Positions 36,172 through 46,622 of a stretch of DNA of 64,000 nucleotides are shown here, piece after piece. Positions within the stretch are counted from its first letter, which is position 1, and each line of letters begins with the position of its first letter. The DNA comes from a virus. The notes beneath the pieces were generated by a model, which was not told the DNA's origin, searched no databases, and saw only the letters and a list, made by a program, of their open reading frames with translations. The position numbers were made by a program, and so were the translations under genes. The stretch covers positions 1-64,000 of IMG/VR virus record IMGVR_UViG_3300020203_000404. The stretch is one strand, 5' to 3'.

Positions 36172-37209
36172 ATGAATTTCCAACGTTATCCGCAAGAAGC
36201 AATTGATGCACTACGTGCCACGGCTCACGCCGATAGTGAAGTACGTGCAAGAGCCCAGAAGGCGTTCGCCGCTGAATTGCAGTGGCCGCTCCGTCAGGGC
36301 GTGTTTGATCGTGACAACCTAGGTGGTATTTACGAGAAGCAAGTTCTCGCACCGGGTGCCCAGGCCAACTATCCTCTCGACTTCGTGAAGCCGGGCGATG
36401 AAGATCAATTCATTGCCTTCGCGATGCCGAAGCAGGGTCGTGTTCCTGAGCGTCACATTGAAGGCGACGAGCTGTGGGTTCCGACCTTCCAGATCGCCAA
36501 TTCGATTGACTGGTCATTGAAGTACGCAAAGGAAGCACGTTTCGACGTGATCATGCGTGCGATCCGTGTGTACGAAGCTGGCTTCGTCCGCAAGATCAAC
36601 AGTGACGGTTGGCGTACGATCCTTGGTGCGGCTGATGGCCGTGGCATGGTCGTGACGGCAAACGGATCTGCTCCGTTCACGGGCTCGACGCTCATTCCGA
36701 CTGCGGCTGCTGGACAGTTCACGAAGGAACTGATCAGCCGTATGAAGACGGCGATGACTCGTGGTGCAGGCGGCAACGGTAACAGCGGTCGTCTGACCGA
36801 CGTTTACCTGTCGATGGAAGCAATGGAAGACATTCGTGGGTGGGACGTGGATGAAATCGACGAGTTCACTCGTCGTGAGATCTTCGTTTCGAAAGAGTAC
36901 GGCCTAGCTCAGATCTATGGCGTTGTTCTGCACGAAATGACCGAGTTCGGCGAAGGTCAGGAATACGAGAACTTCGTTAAGACGACTCTTGGTCGTGCCC
37001 ACCAGACGGTCAACTCTGTCACTCTGAAAGAGTTCGCCATTGGTTTGGACCTGAGCACGATGGACTCATTCGTGATGCCGATTCGTGAAGAGTTGCAGAC
37101 CTATGAAGACCCGGCCCTCTATCGCGAGCAGCGTGCGGGCATCTTCGGATGGATGGAGCACGGCTTCGCCGTTCTCGATCCACGGAGGGTATTAATTGGA
37201 GAGTTTTGA
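36172..37209 (+). CDS. major capsid protein
   Basis: 345 aa, strong codon bias, AAGGAG SD, position in the head module, HK97-like C-terminal pattern. Confidence 0.85.
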   Translation: MNFQRYPQEAIDALRATAHADSEVRARAQKAFAAELQWPLRQGVFDRDNLGGIYEKQVLAPGAQANYPLDFVKPGDEDQFIAFAMPKQGRVPERHIEGDELWVPTFQIANSIDWSLKYAKEARFDVIMRAIRVYEAGFVRKINSDGWRTILGAADGRGMVVTANGSAPFTGSTLIPTAAAGQFTKELISRMKTAMTRGAGGNGNSGRLTDVYLSMEAMEDIRGWDVDEIDEFTRREIFVSKEYGLAQIYGVVLHEMTEFGEGQEYENFVKTTLGRAHQTVNSVTLKEFAIGLDLSTMDSFVMPIREELQTYEDPALYREQRAGIFGWMEHGFAVLDPRRVLIGEF

Positions 37210-37254
37210 TCGGTTAATTCTGATCTTCTCCGAGTAATACTCATGAGTTAGTGT

Positions 37255-37294
37255 ACTCCCTGATGGGCAATCCTCATCAGGGAGTTTTCTTTTT
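37255..37294 (+). terminator. intrinsic terminator after the capsid gene
   Basis: actccctgatg...catcagggagt stem followed by a T tract. Confidence 0.75.
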
Positions 37295-37295
37295 A

Positions 37296-38090
37296 ATGGA
37301 TGATCAAGTAATAGAACTTTACAAGCAGTGTGGTAATGGTGGATTAGTAGCTAAGCAATTAGGCTTAACTAACTACAAGGTGTATGCTATTCTTAGAAAG
37401 AATGGTATAGAGCCTAAAAAGGTTGGTGGTAAAGAAAAAGCAACCATTGAACAGATGACACAAGCTTATAATAATGGCCTGTCTTGTACTCAAGTTGCTA
37501 GACAATTTGGACTTACCTCTCCTTCTGTTGTAGAGCGTTTGCAAAATGCTGGTATACAGCTACGCTCTAAACAAGAAGCTTTAGAGTTATGTGGACACAC
37601 TAAGATTAAACGTTCTGACGAACAGAAGGTTATTGATTTGTATGAGGAAGGCTTATCATATAGAGATATAGCATGTTTGTATGATAGTACCACCAGATGT
37701 GTAGAGAGGGTTCTTAAAAAACACAGTATTGAACCACGCGATAATTTTGGTTCTAACAACCCAGCCTGGAAAGGCGGTAAAGTTCCTCTCAATAAGCTGA
37801 TTCGTAATTCGCAAAAGTACACAGATTTTGTTAAGCATATTATGGCGTCTCGTGATTATACTTGTGAGTTGACTGGTCAACGCGGTAATCGACTAAACGT
37901 ACACCACATCAAACCATTCTCACAACTTGTTGATGAATTTATGATTAGATATGGTCATATTTCTGATCGCGAACAACTGATGACCACAATTGAAACTTAT
38001 ACACCTTTTTGGGAAGAATCGAACGTGTTATTGGTCACAGAAGAAGAGCACAAAAAGATACACTCTAGTGTATTATCTAAGGGGGTTTAA
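37296..38090 (+). CDS. free-standing HNH homing endonuclease with three HTH repeats
   Basis: NNPAWKGG, RDYTCELTG..LNVHHIKP..H; AT-richer than its neighbours. Confidence 0.85.
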   Translation: MDDQVIELYKQCGNGGLVAKQLGLTNYKVYAILRKNGIEPKKVGGKEKATIEQMTQAYNNGLSCTQVARQFGLTSPSVVERLQNAGIQLRSKQEALELCGHTKIKRSDEQKVIDLYEEGLSYRDIACLYDSTTRCVERVLKKHSIEPRDNFGSNNPAWKGGKVPLNKLIRNSQKYTDFVKHIMASRDYTCELTGQRGNRLNVHHIKPFSQLVDEFMIRYGHISDREQLMTTIETYTPFWEESNVLLVTEEEHKKIHSSVLSKGV

Positions 38091-38962
38091 TGGCCAACGA
38101 AACAAAAATTCTCACTGTCGGTCAAGCTGCATCAGCCCTAGACATCTTTCTATCCGCTAACGGTGCTCCTGTTAGTGGACAATATGTAGGGTTTAGGCTA
38201 TTTGACGCTGCTAATGCTTCCGCCGTTAGCGGCGTTGCACTTAATCCTGAACTAGGACATTATACTGGTTCTGGCTTAATTCCCCCTGGTTATCAACTAG
38301 GCAGTTGGCATATTGATTGGACGATCGTTACGCAGACAAATTCAGTAGTCTTTGCAAGCGAACCATTTCAAGTCCAAGATGTATTAGTTTCTATTGGCTT
38401 TGCACCGCCAACAGATAAGACATCGACAATCTATGATGCTGTACGTATTGACATTGGCGATCCCGAAGGTCATATATTTGATGATAACTTTTTGCAGCAT
38501 GTGCTTGTAAAAGCTGTTCGTAGACTGAATCAAGCTTTGGGGCTTTCGCGAACATCTAGACCTCAAGGAATCCCCGGTGGATTTGGTGGTCCTAAGATCC
38601 AGGTCGCTGAACTTACAGTCGATGTTGAGGCTGGTACTATTGAGCCTAACAATGATGAATTGTGCGACTTGATCATTCTTCAAATGGAATACATCATTGT
38701 CACTGCTGAGACATCTGCACTCAAGAGACTTGGAGCGACTTTTGCTTCTGGTCCATTTGCAACTGTTGTAGGTGGCGTTGGCAATGAAGGCATTTCAGTA
38801 ACAAATGCCGACGGCGTGACAGTCAACATTAGTACTGGTCGTTTACAGTTCCGTACGACACTTCAACGTTTGGACGTTGAGACACGTAAGGAAGAACTTG
38901 AAACAGCAATTAAGCGTTTCCTGGGAAGAATGACGGGTTCAATGGGTAAGATGATTTATTAA
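38090..38962 (+). CDS. head-tail adaptor with an N-terminal Ig-like domain
   Basis: AVRIDIGD...DDNFLQ adaptor-like motif; position. Confidence 0.55.
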   Translation: MANETKILTVGQAASALDIFLSANGAPVSGQYVGFRLFDAANASAVSGVALNPELGHYTGSGLIPPGYQLGSWHIDWTIVTQTNSVVFASEPFQVQDVLVSIGFAPPTDKTSTIYDAVRIDIGDPEGHIFDDNFLQHVLVKAVRRLNQALGLSRTSRPQGIPGGFGGPKIQVAELTVDVEAGTIEPNNDELCDLIILQMEYIIVTAETSALKRLGATFASGPFATVVGGVGNEGISVTNADGVTVNISTGRLQFRTTLQRLDVETRKEELETAIKRFLGRMTGSMGKMIY

Positions 38963-39399
38963 TGTCTAACAAGAATTGCAAGTATTGTGATGTGATTTTT
39001 ACTGCTAAAAATCAGCGGTCCTTATACTGTTCTGTGAAGTGCAAAAATAAATTGAAATCTGAAACAATCATGGCTAAACGTCGTGATAACCCGGAAAGAA
39101 AAACAGAAAATCAACGTAAATATTACCAAGACCATTGGTTTGAATTTCAAGCACGAAATTTTGCCCGTAGAGATCGTACCTTATCTGCTGATCTTGTACG
39201 TGAAGTCATGGAGAACGACAACTACACATGTCAATACTGTCATAAGCGTGGTGGTAAATTGACGATTGATCATCAACTACCAGTTTCGCGTGGTGGCACT
39301 GATGATCGTAAAAATCTTTGCACTGCTTGTCATCGCTGCAACTGTCGCAAAGGAGCTAAAACCGTCTCTGAATTTCAGGAGTATTTGACACGATGCTAG
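38962..39399 (+). CDS. HNH endonuclease
   Basis: CQYC...IDHQLPVSRGG...NLCTACHRCNCRKG. Confidence 0.92.
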   Translation: MSNKNCKYCDVIFTAKNQRSLYCSVKCKNKLKSETIMAKRRDNPERKTENQRKYYQDHWFEFQARNFARRDRTLSADLVREVMENDNYTCQYCHKRGGKLTIDHQLPVSRGGTDDRKNLCTACHRCNCRKGAKTVSEFQEYLTRC

Positions 39400-39731
39400 T
39401 TCATTGCAAAACCCCCCGTGGTGTACTGTACATCAATAACGAACCTGTCTACGGCAGAGAAGATATGCACGATCCAGTTGATGTACCTTTTCAAGTCTAT
39501 GAAAAGTACAAAGATGCACTTGAAGACGCTACATATCGCGAGGGCTATCTTCGTGATAAGTTCGGATGGAATCAAGGTGAGATTGCGTTCACATATAGCG
39601 AATTGAAATGGCTGCCTGAAAATACACTTCGTAAAATCGCCAAAGGAATTGGAACGAGCGTCAAGAGAACCACTAAGAAGCAATTAGTACAAGATATTAC
39701 ACGAGCCCTTAGAAATGTCATTAAGACCTGA
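39393..39731 (+). CDS. hypothetical protein (C-terminal Rho-N / HeH-like helices)
   Basis: LRKIAKGIG...KKQLVQDI. Confidence 0.55.
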   Translation: MLVHCKTPRGVLYINNEPVYGREDMHDPVDVPFQVYEKYKDALEDATYREGYLRDKFGWNQGEIAFTYSELKWLPENTLRKIAKGIGTSVKRTTKKQLVQDITRALRNVIKT

Positions 39732-40287
39732 TCGTCAGACTCAGCAAGTCAACATTAATTTTCCTTGTCCATACACTCAGGAACGTGGTGGTGTTTTGGG
39801 TTGGGCTCGGGCTTCTGGCATGTACTACGTTGAGTATGCTTTTAATCCTAGTGGTGTACATATTGCTGGTTTACAACTCAATGATATTGAGAATGTCAAC
39901 ATGACTCGTCAACCGTTTCAGCAGTACATTCGTAATATCGACATTCCATTCGCCATAGTTGGAGTTGCCACTAAAGGTGATTTTTTGACTGACTGGATAT
40001 ATCCAGTTGGAGCTATCAATCAAGGAGATATCGCATACGCTGGTCCAAGCGGCATGATCACGAACTCGTCAACTTTCGGAGGCGAAGTGATTGGCAAGTT
40101 CATTGGCGTTTTGATTCCCGAGCCGCACTGGGTAACTTTGCGTGGTATGGGATTCTCTCGTCAATACATCGACACCTCTAAGCATTCCAAGCCACTGATC
40201 TGGGAGAATAATCCAGCGGACGCTATTCGTTTAGCTACGCCGGGCTTTATCAAGGTTCGCGTTGATATGGGAGCTAGCCTAAAATAA
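39715..40287 (+). CDS. paralog of the head decoration protein
   Basis: MSLRPDRQ/ERGG/NDIEN/GDFLTD/GFIKVRVD aligns with 35672-36157. Confidence 0.7.
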   Translation: MSLRPDRQTQQVNINFPCPYTQERGGVLGWARASGMYYVEYAFNPSGVHIAGLQLNDIENVNMTRQPFQQYIRNIDIPFAIVGVATKGDFLTDWIYPVGAINQGDIAYAGPSGMITNSSTFGGEVIGKFIGVLIPEPHWVTLRGMGFSRQYIDTSKHSKPLIWENNPADAIRLATPGFIKVRVDMGASLK

Positions 40288-40826
40288 TGATCAATCTTAC
40301 TCCTAATCAAGACTTCTCGACGGCAAGCGGCATCATCAATACTGGCTTCATGGAGTCCGTCTATCACTCGTTTATGAGTGAGGCGTTCGTTGATTTGGGT
40401 CGTCCAGTGACCTTTCATTTGCCGCCGATCAAAGAACAAGACGTGCAGACTCAATCGCAGCCCGCACCTCAACAATTTAATCCTTTCTTTTCAAGGGTGC
40501 CTGTGCCCAATACTAACACTCGTGGTACAGGCGTCAAAGTCACGCCACGCGACGTAACGTACAAAGCTCAGATCGTAGTTGGTCCGCTCAAGAACGATTT
40601 GCGTTTAACTGGCATGGGTTGGCTCGATAATAATGAAGCTATGATTACTGTTGTAGTTGAAGCACTAGAACATGTTTTAGCTGCACTTGCTGTTTCTATT
40701 GAAGGACGAAGATATACAGTTGTCGAAACTCGTCCTATAGGATTTTCTGTTCGTAGATATCTAATGGTCAAGCTACGTGAAGTACAAGAATCGCAGCCGC
40801 CGTCAACAAACTTAACGGTGGGATAA
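40287..40826 (+). CDS. putative head closure / neck protein
   Basis: Position; IEGRRYTV..RPIG beta pattern. Confidence 0.5.
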   Translation: MINLTPNQDFSTASGIINTGFMESVYHSFMSEAFVDLGRPVTFHLPPIKEQDVQTQSQPAPQQFNPFFSRVPVPNTNTRGTGVKVTPRDVTYKAQIVVGPLKNDLRLTGMGWLDNNEAMITVVVEALEHVLAALAVSIEGRRYTVVETRPIGFSVRRYLMVKLREVQESQPPSTNLTVG

Positions 40827-40853
40827 AGAAGTGCAGTATACGAAAGGCAACTA

Positions 40854-41879
40854 ATGGGACTTGAGTATAAATTACGAAGTCTTTTGAAGCTCAATCTCAA
40901 ATTGTTCTTGGATATGCATTTTCTGAGAGAATCTTCTTTCATTAATGTAGCATCTGGTCAATTATTTTATGATAATTCCGATATGAGCGTTCTGCTGCCT
41001 GACACTACAGCAAATGACACGTTATTTGGTCTGTCAGATGGACAAGTATGGCAATCGCCATTCAGACAATTTGTCTACGAATCTGGCGTTCCTCTTGACG
41101 GTACGAATGTTGGCACTTCTCCCGTAGTTGTTTCCGGCGTCTATATTGAGGGTGCTTTTAGACGAACGAACGATCCTCAATTTGGCCATACAATCGACTT
41201 TATCAATGGTCGCGTGATCTTCAATTCGCCGCAGTCTCTTAATTTACAAGTCAATGCAGAATATTCCGCACGTCAAGTACGCGTCGGTTTTGAGCATGAC
41301 TTCAATCAACAGTTCAGCAAAGGATATCTTGAAAGCAAGTACGGTACGAATCCATTAACGTCAATGCAACTAGTGTATCCTTCTGGAATATTCCAACCAT
41401 TTCCAGCCGTCTTCATTGAAGTAGACAATCGTACAATGACGCCGTACGAGCTTGGTAACCGCAGTGCTATTATCAAGGACAAGGTTATTCTGCATATCTG
41501 GGCATTGGATGATTTGCAACGAGATAATATCGTAGATATCTTGACTTCGCAGTGGCGTAAGGCCATTCCGATAATCAACTTCAACCGTGCTCCATTACCG
41601 CTCTCAGGGATTTACAACACTCTATCTCCTGAGTATGTGCCATATCAGGAAATGCTCAGAAATAACAAGTTAATTACTACTGTTGGTTCTGGCGTGCCAG
41701 TTATTTATACTGCCTATATCACCGATATTGAAGCCAACAACATTAATGTGGCTCAAGAGTACGAACGTGCTATTGTAACGTACGAAATTGACGTGTACTT
41801 GAATGCCCCAACCACGCCCCTAGGTAGTTACTTTGGGCCTATTTCGACGATCCCGACCATTGAAGGGCCGATCTTCTAG
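40854..41879 (+). CDS. putative tail completion / terminator protein
   Basis: FPAVFIE...LHIWA..DLQRDNIVDIL; directly before the tail tube gene. Confidence 0.55.
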   Translation: MGLEYKLRSLLKLNLKLFLDMHFLRESSFINVASGQLFYDNSDMSVLLPDTTANDTLFGLSDGQVWQSPFRQFVYESGVPLDGTNVGTSPVVVSGVYIEGAFRRTNDPQFGHTIDFINGRVIFNSPQSLNLQVNAEYSARQVRVGFEHDFNQQFSKGYLESKYGTNPLTSMQLVYPSGIFQPFPAVFIEVDNRTMTPYELGNRSAIIKDKVILHIWALDDLQRDNIVDILTSQWRKAIPIINFNRAPLPLSGIYNTLSPEYVPYQEMLRNNKLITTVGSGVPVIYTAYITDIEANNINVAQEYERAIVTYEIDVYLNAPTTPLGSYFGPISTIPTIEGPIF

Positions 41880-41972
41880 TTTAGTGTAATCTACTGATGA
41901 GAAAGCGACTAAGGTACCACTGTCGCTAATCGTAACTTTGCAAAGTACCCTATACGTAGGGAGGAATGAAAC

Positions 41973-43379
41973 ATGACGAACAACAGAGTCTTCTGGGCAA
42001 TTGAGCAGCTTGCTTTAAAGGCAAACTCTTCACCCGCTACAAGCGGCGTGGCTGCTTTTAATGCCCGTAACTATGCTACAGGTGCTCTTGCATCGGGCAT
42101 AAACGAAGTGGGAGCACTATGGGAAGTGCCCCGTGGCGTACAAAGTGCCGGTATGAGCACGAAGTTTAATCTACAACAGGTTTTCCAAATTGGTCAGATT
42201 GAGCTTTACGAATATTCAGAACGTCAACCTGACATCGAAATGACAATTTCGAAGTGTGTTGATGGAACTAAGCCGTTGTTCTTGATGGTGACTGATCCGG
42301 CTGGCACGGACATCACTTCTAAGACGGCGAACTTCCGTGTTGACGTTGCCTTCCAAATTTTCCCAGATACGAAGTTCCGTGCAACTGGTAAGCCTGTGTC
42401 GATTTGCACTGGCTCTGGTATGTATCTGTCGAGCATCTCGTACACCTATCCGATTGATGGCTTCGTAACAGAAGACATCACGTTGGTTGGCAACGATAAG
42501 ATTTGGGGATCTTTCATCAACGTATCTGGCGTCACTGCCGGTAACGGCGGAACAGAATCACTTCTTTTGTTCCCGACTCCTGGCTTCAACGGCAACGTAG
42601 ATCCGAATGCCCCCGCTGGCGGACCCTCTGGTGTCTTTGGTCACGACGGTAACACGTCCCCACTTCTTGAGGGTGGAGCGTTTGAAACTGCCGGTGGTGC
42701 TGACAGATTCGGTGTTATTGTGGTTGGTTCTGGTGTAGCTCGTCGTGAAGAAGTGGACATCAGTCACTCGATCTTGCCGCGAGACATTCCGGGTATCATC
42801 ACGCCTAATATTTCGGGTATCAATGCTGCATATGTCAATGGTGGCTTTGGTTCTCAGGGGCCTGGAACTGCTTCTAACTTCACTCAGTTGATTACTAACG
42901 CGAATACGGATTACATTGCGGAACACATTCAGACGATCACCGTGTCCTTCTCGATTGCCCGCAAGGACATTTTCGAGCTTGGTAGCAAGCGTCCGTTCGT
43001 GAAAGTGCCGGAATATCCTCTCGAAGCAACGGCCAGCATCGCCGTTATCACCGCTCAGGGTGACCTAGTGGATGCAACGTCGCAGATCGACTGCGGGCCT
43101 GATAACACAAGAGAAAGCAACACAATCATCATCCGTACTTGCGACGGTCTCCAGGTTGACCTGGGTGACTCGAACCGCTTGACGGGCGTTGAGGTTGCTG
43201 GTGGCGAAGCTGGTGGTGACAACATGACTGTCACGTACAACTACTCAAGCTTCAACAACTTCTACGTGTCGCATGACTTCTTCCAGCCGAACCACCGCGT
43301 GGTGATCTTCGGAACGGGCAGAAGTCGCTTCAACGTAGGCAAGCCGCCGTTCTTGAGAAGCGACATCGGTCTCTTCTGA
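41973..43379 (+). CDS. major tail tube protein
   Basis: Strong SD and codon bias; two internal VFQIG/IFELG tube-like repeats. Confidence 0.7.
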   Translation: MTNNRVFWAIEQLALKANSSPATSGVAAFNARNYATGALASGINEVGALWEVPRGVQSAGMSTKFNLQQVFQIGQIELYEYSERQPDIEMTISKCVDGTKPLFLMVTDPAGTDITSKTANFRVDVAFQIFPDTKFRATGKPVSICTGSGMYLSSISYTYPIDGFVTEDITLVGNDKIWGSFINVSGVTAGNGGTESLLLFPTPGFNGNVDPNAPAGGPSGVFGHDGNTSPLLEGGAFETAGGADRFGVIVVGSGVARREEVDISHSILPRDIPGIITPNISGINAAYVNGGFGSQGPGTASNFTQLITNANTDYIAEHIQTITVSFSIARKDIFELGSKRPFVKVPEYPLEATASIAVITAQGDLVDATSQIDCGPDNTRESNTIIIRTCDGLQVDLGDSNRLTGVEVAGGEAGGDNMTVTYNYSSFNNFYVSHDFFQPNHRVVIFGTGRSRFNVGKPPFLRSDIGLF

Positions 43380-43496
43380 TATCCGTTGGTGGGCCGTGAT
43401 AGGAGCAGGGGGTAAGGTCTGTCACGGTCCACTGACTTACAATTTGATCAAGGTGCAAGGCTCCCGCTAGGCGGGTGGTTTAGGAATGGAGAACAT

Positions 43497-43524
43497 GGGA
43501 TGCACCAAAAGTGCGTCCCTTTTT
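43497..43524 (+). terminator. intrinsic terminator
   Basis: gggatgcac-caaaa-gtgcgtccc followed by T5. Confidence 0.75.
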
Positions 43525-43527
43525 CGT

Positions 43528-44721
43528 ATGTCGGTACAGGAAAAAATTCAGCAGATTCTTTGGGATAAACGCTATTTGTGTATTCCCGAAGAATATACTC
43601 AGTCGGGCATTGAATATGTTCTAATCAAGGACATGACGATAGAGGATCGCAACATCTATGCTTTCGTGCAGCGTCGCGAATTAGCATTAGCTCGTAAGCA
43701 GGGTGTCCAGACGGAAGTCGAACTATTATCTGCTGCAAAGGTCGTTGGACTATGGACTGCGGAAGATGATCTCGTGATCGCCAAAGCGGATGAGCACATC
43801 GAGTTTCTTGAGGCCGAAAAAAAGGCACAACGATTCTTAGCACGTAAAAAATCCCTCCAAGTCCAGATTGACGCTACGCTCGAAAAGAAACGAGTCACGC
43901 AATCTAAGCGTAACGAGTACTTCATTAATAGTGCGGAGTACTATGCGAGCGAGATAGCCGCCAACACTCTTGTGCGTCGTGTCGCCCATAACTTAGATGG
44001 CACGGTACTGTGGCCCACAGACGCATCTTTCCTCTTTTCAAAGCAACATCATCCTAGCTTTGTTATTTATATCACGAATGCAGTACTGTCCGAAGGCATT
44101 CTGCCTATCGACGAAATTCGTGAAGTTGCTCGTTATCCAGAGTGGCGTTTAACGTGGGTCTTGCAGCGTGAAAACTTACATGCTGTTTTTAATCGCTCTG
44201 TTGGTGACTTGACTATCAATCAAAAACTCCTTATTTATTGGAGTCGCATTTATGATTCTGCATTCGAATCTGCTGAGCCCCCCTCATCAGACATTGTAAA
44301 TGATGATGACAAATTTGATGCATGGCTAGCTAATCGTGAACTTGCCAGTAAAGAGTCGCATGACACAAAGCGTCTTGGAGCGAAAGATCATAATGAGAGA
44401 ATGCAGGTACTTGATGGCGAATACAGTCAAACCTGTAATTGTGGTGCGAAAGCCAAGAACGTTGGCAAGGGACTTGGTGAGCGTACACAACATAGTGTGG
44501 CTTGTCCATGGGGTACATTCCGTCGATACACAGTACAAGAACGTGAACAGATTGCACGACAAATCTATTCCCGTAATTCAGATCGCGTGAGAACTATTAT
44601 TGAGAATGAACAACAGACCGTGATTGCTAAGGGTGAAGTTGAAGAACATCATCTACGTGGTACAAAGACACGCCACATGTTAGGCATGAAAACGGACATA
44701 GTGTCTATGCATAAAAAATGA
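43528..44721 (+). CDS. putative tail assembly chaperone
   Basis: Between tail tube and tape measure genes; helical. Confidence 0.45.
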   Translation: MSVQEKIQQILWDKRYLCIPEEYTQSGIEYVLIKDMTIEDRNIYAFVQRRELALARKQGVQTEVELLSAAKVVGLWTAEDDLVIAKADEHIEFLEAEKKAQRFLARKKSLQVQIDATLEKKRVTQSKRNEYFINSAEYYASEIAANTLVRRVAHNLDGTVLWPTDASFLFSKQHHPSFVIYITNAVLSEGILPIDEIREVARYPEWRLTWVLQRENLHAVFNRSVGDLTINQKLLIYWSRIYDSAFESAEPPSSDIVNDDDKFDAWLANRELASKESHDTKRLGAKDHNERMQVLDGEYSQTCNCGAKAKNVGKGLGERTQHSVACPWGTFRRYTVQEREQIARQIYSRNSDRVRTIIENEQQTVIAKGEVEEHHLRGTKTRHMLGMKTDIVSMHKK

Positions 44722-45272
44722 AAAAGCAAAATCAATCACTAGATCAGTTAAGTAAAAGTCTAGATCGTAGATCTCGTCACTTGATGGTGCAGACCTTACA
44801 GAGATTTGAAGACTCTTTTCCAGACGTAGACAACACACGTCAAGGACAGGTTTTTAAAGCCGATCTTCGCAATATGTTTAATGATGTCATGCGTGCCCAA
44901 AGGGACGAATTAAACGATTATGAAGTTGAGTATCGTCCTCTACGAATGACAGATAATGGAACTTTAGCTATGACTCAATCTTTCATGCAGACGGTGCAGA
45001 AGGTTGAATTTGGCTCTAGAGGTTCTATACCATTCATGAAAATCTATTCTAGTACCGAGTACTCTCGTGTCTTAGACGCAATTCGTATCGAGTTTGATGC
45101 TGGCGTTCTACATTACAACACACCCCAAGAAGTGATATTAGAAGTCGTTGGTGCTCATGATTGCGTTAGTGTACTAAATGTCATGGACCGATACCGTCTT
45201 CATGAGAAGACGGGATTGATCTATCGTGAATGGCGGAGCAAGGTTGTTAAAGTATATCAGGAGCAAGGATGA
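44718..45272 (+). CDS. hypothetical protein
   Basis: ORF in the operon. Confidence 0.7.
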   Translation: MKKQNQSLDQLSKSLDRRSRHLMVQTLQRFEDSFPDVDNTRQGQVFKADLRNMFNDVMRAQRDELNDYEVEYRPLRMTDNGTLAMTQSFMQTVQKVEFGSRGSIPFMKIYSSTEYSRVLDAIRIEFDAGVLHYNTPQEVILEVVGAHDCVSVLNVMDRYRLHEKTGLIYREWRSKVVKVYQEQG

Positions 45273-46015
45273 TCACGGAGAGAGCATTTCGAGCGGTAGA
45301 CCGCTTTGGGGCACAAATGGACTTTACGGTCTCTACCCCCACACTAGCGATTGAAAATGAAGGCGATCGTCAGTATCGTATTGCCTATAGTCAATCTTTA
45401 ACACAAGGCGTCTTTCCACGCAACAAGATGCGTGAAGTGATGCGTTCACATGGTATGTGGACTGATGAAGATGACCGTGTTATGCGTGAAGAGGTAGCTA
45501 ACTTAGCTATTTTGCAAATGGAGCTTGAACAAGCTCAACTCAAAGGTAAGCACGAGCAATGTCTTGAAGCTGCAAAAAAGATGCGTAAGCATCGTTATCG
45601 CATGTGGGAACTTTTCATGATTCAGCAGAGCGTGTATATGAATTCTGCCGAAGGTATTGCCGAGCTTGTTAAAGCCGAAGCTATCATGGCGGCATGCACT
45701 ATGATTAAAGCTACTGGTCAACGTTATTGGGCAACGTACACTGACTTTGTTCGTGAACGTGACGAGAGCACACAATCAACTGTTTACATTAAAGCGGTAG
45801 AAGTACAGAATGGTCTATTGCTTGAAATGCGTGACACGATCGAAGAAGGTCATCCAGAGAACAGATATCTCAAGGACGCAAAACAAGCAATGTTTGATCG
45901 TGACATTGAGGAACGTGTAGAAGCAGAGCTTGCATCACGCAAGCAGAAGGCATTAGAGCAAGCCGATGACAATGGGACTGGATTGGACAATCGAGCTGAT
46001 CAACCCTCTGAATAA
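45269..46015 (+). CDS. putative tail assembly chaperone, distantly similar to 43528-44721
   Basis: Shared G(L/M)WTxEDD and NSAE motifs. Confidence 0.5.
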   Translation: MITERAFRAVDRFGAQMDFTVSTPTLAIENEGDRQYRIAYSQSLTQGVFPRNKMREVMRSHGMWTDEDDRVMREEVANLAILQMELEQAQLKGKHEQCLEAAKKMRKHRYRMWELFMIQQSVYMNSAEGIAELVKAEAIMAACTMIKATGQRYWATYTDFVRERDESTQSTVYIKAVEVQNGLLLEMRDTIEEGHPENRYLKDAKQAMFDRDIEERVEAELASRKQKALEQADDNGTGLDNRADQPSE

Positions 46016-46622
46016 GCTAACGATTCACGCCGATAGAGCGTGGGCACGCAGCATGCAAGAGATTGATCAGTGGATGCGAAGAGAACTTATTCCTGCCATG
46101 GTTTATGGTGGAATGGGTATCGTCGGCATTGCACAAACAGATTTCTATCGGTATGTTACTAGTGCTCGTGGCCTTAGTGAACTTGGTATCGAAGCGTCGG
46201 AACCGCCCAAGCTTTTGAGGGCTTATGCTACTACGGCTTTCAAAATAGTAGTAGGCAAAAATCAAATGATTTTACAGTTTGGTAATTATGCTAAACTGAA
46301 AGCCGCAACGCCACATCCAGCAAATGGTACTGGCAATCTTCATATCGACTCATGGTTAGAATGGGTTAAAGGCAAGGAAGTCAACAGAGGTTTTGTTCCG
46401 CGTTCCAAGCTTGATAAGAACGCATCGAAATCAATTCGTTTGGGAGAGCCGCTTGGTGGCCTAATGCTTCCTCGTGGAGCATATGGTAGCGTAGGGTTGT
46501 GGCGATTTCCAGCACAACTAAAAAGCTATGAACAACAATGGGTGACACAGAATATCGCCGTGATTCAAGAGTTGATCACTAAAAAGATGTTATCCGTCTT
46601 TATTACGAAGTTGGTGACGTAA
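45972..46622 (+). CDS. hypothetical tail-associated protein
   Basis: ORF coupled to the tape measure gene. Confidence 0.65.
   Translation: MGLDWTIELINPLNKLTIHADRAWARSMQEIDQWMRRELIPAMVYGGMGIVGIAQTDFYRYVTSARGLSELGIEASEPPKLLRAYATTAFKIVVGKNQMILQFGNYAKLKAATPHPANGTGNLHIDSWLEWVKGKEVNRGFVPRSKLDKNASKSIRLGEPLGGLMLPRGAYGSVGLWRFPAQLKSYEQQWVTQNIAVIQELITKKMLSVFITKLVT

Noticed and set aside
41973-46622. Contractile tail sheath gene or tail-chaperone slippery frameshift
   Set aside because: No sheath-like ORF and no convincing slippery site seen
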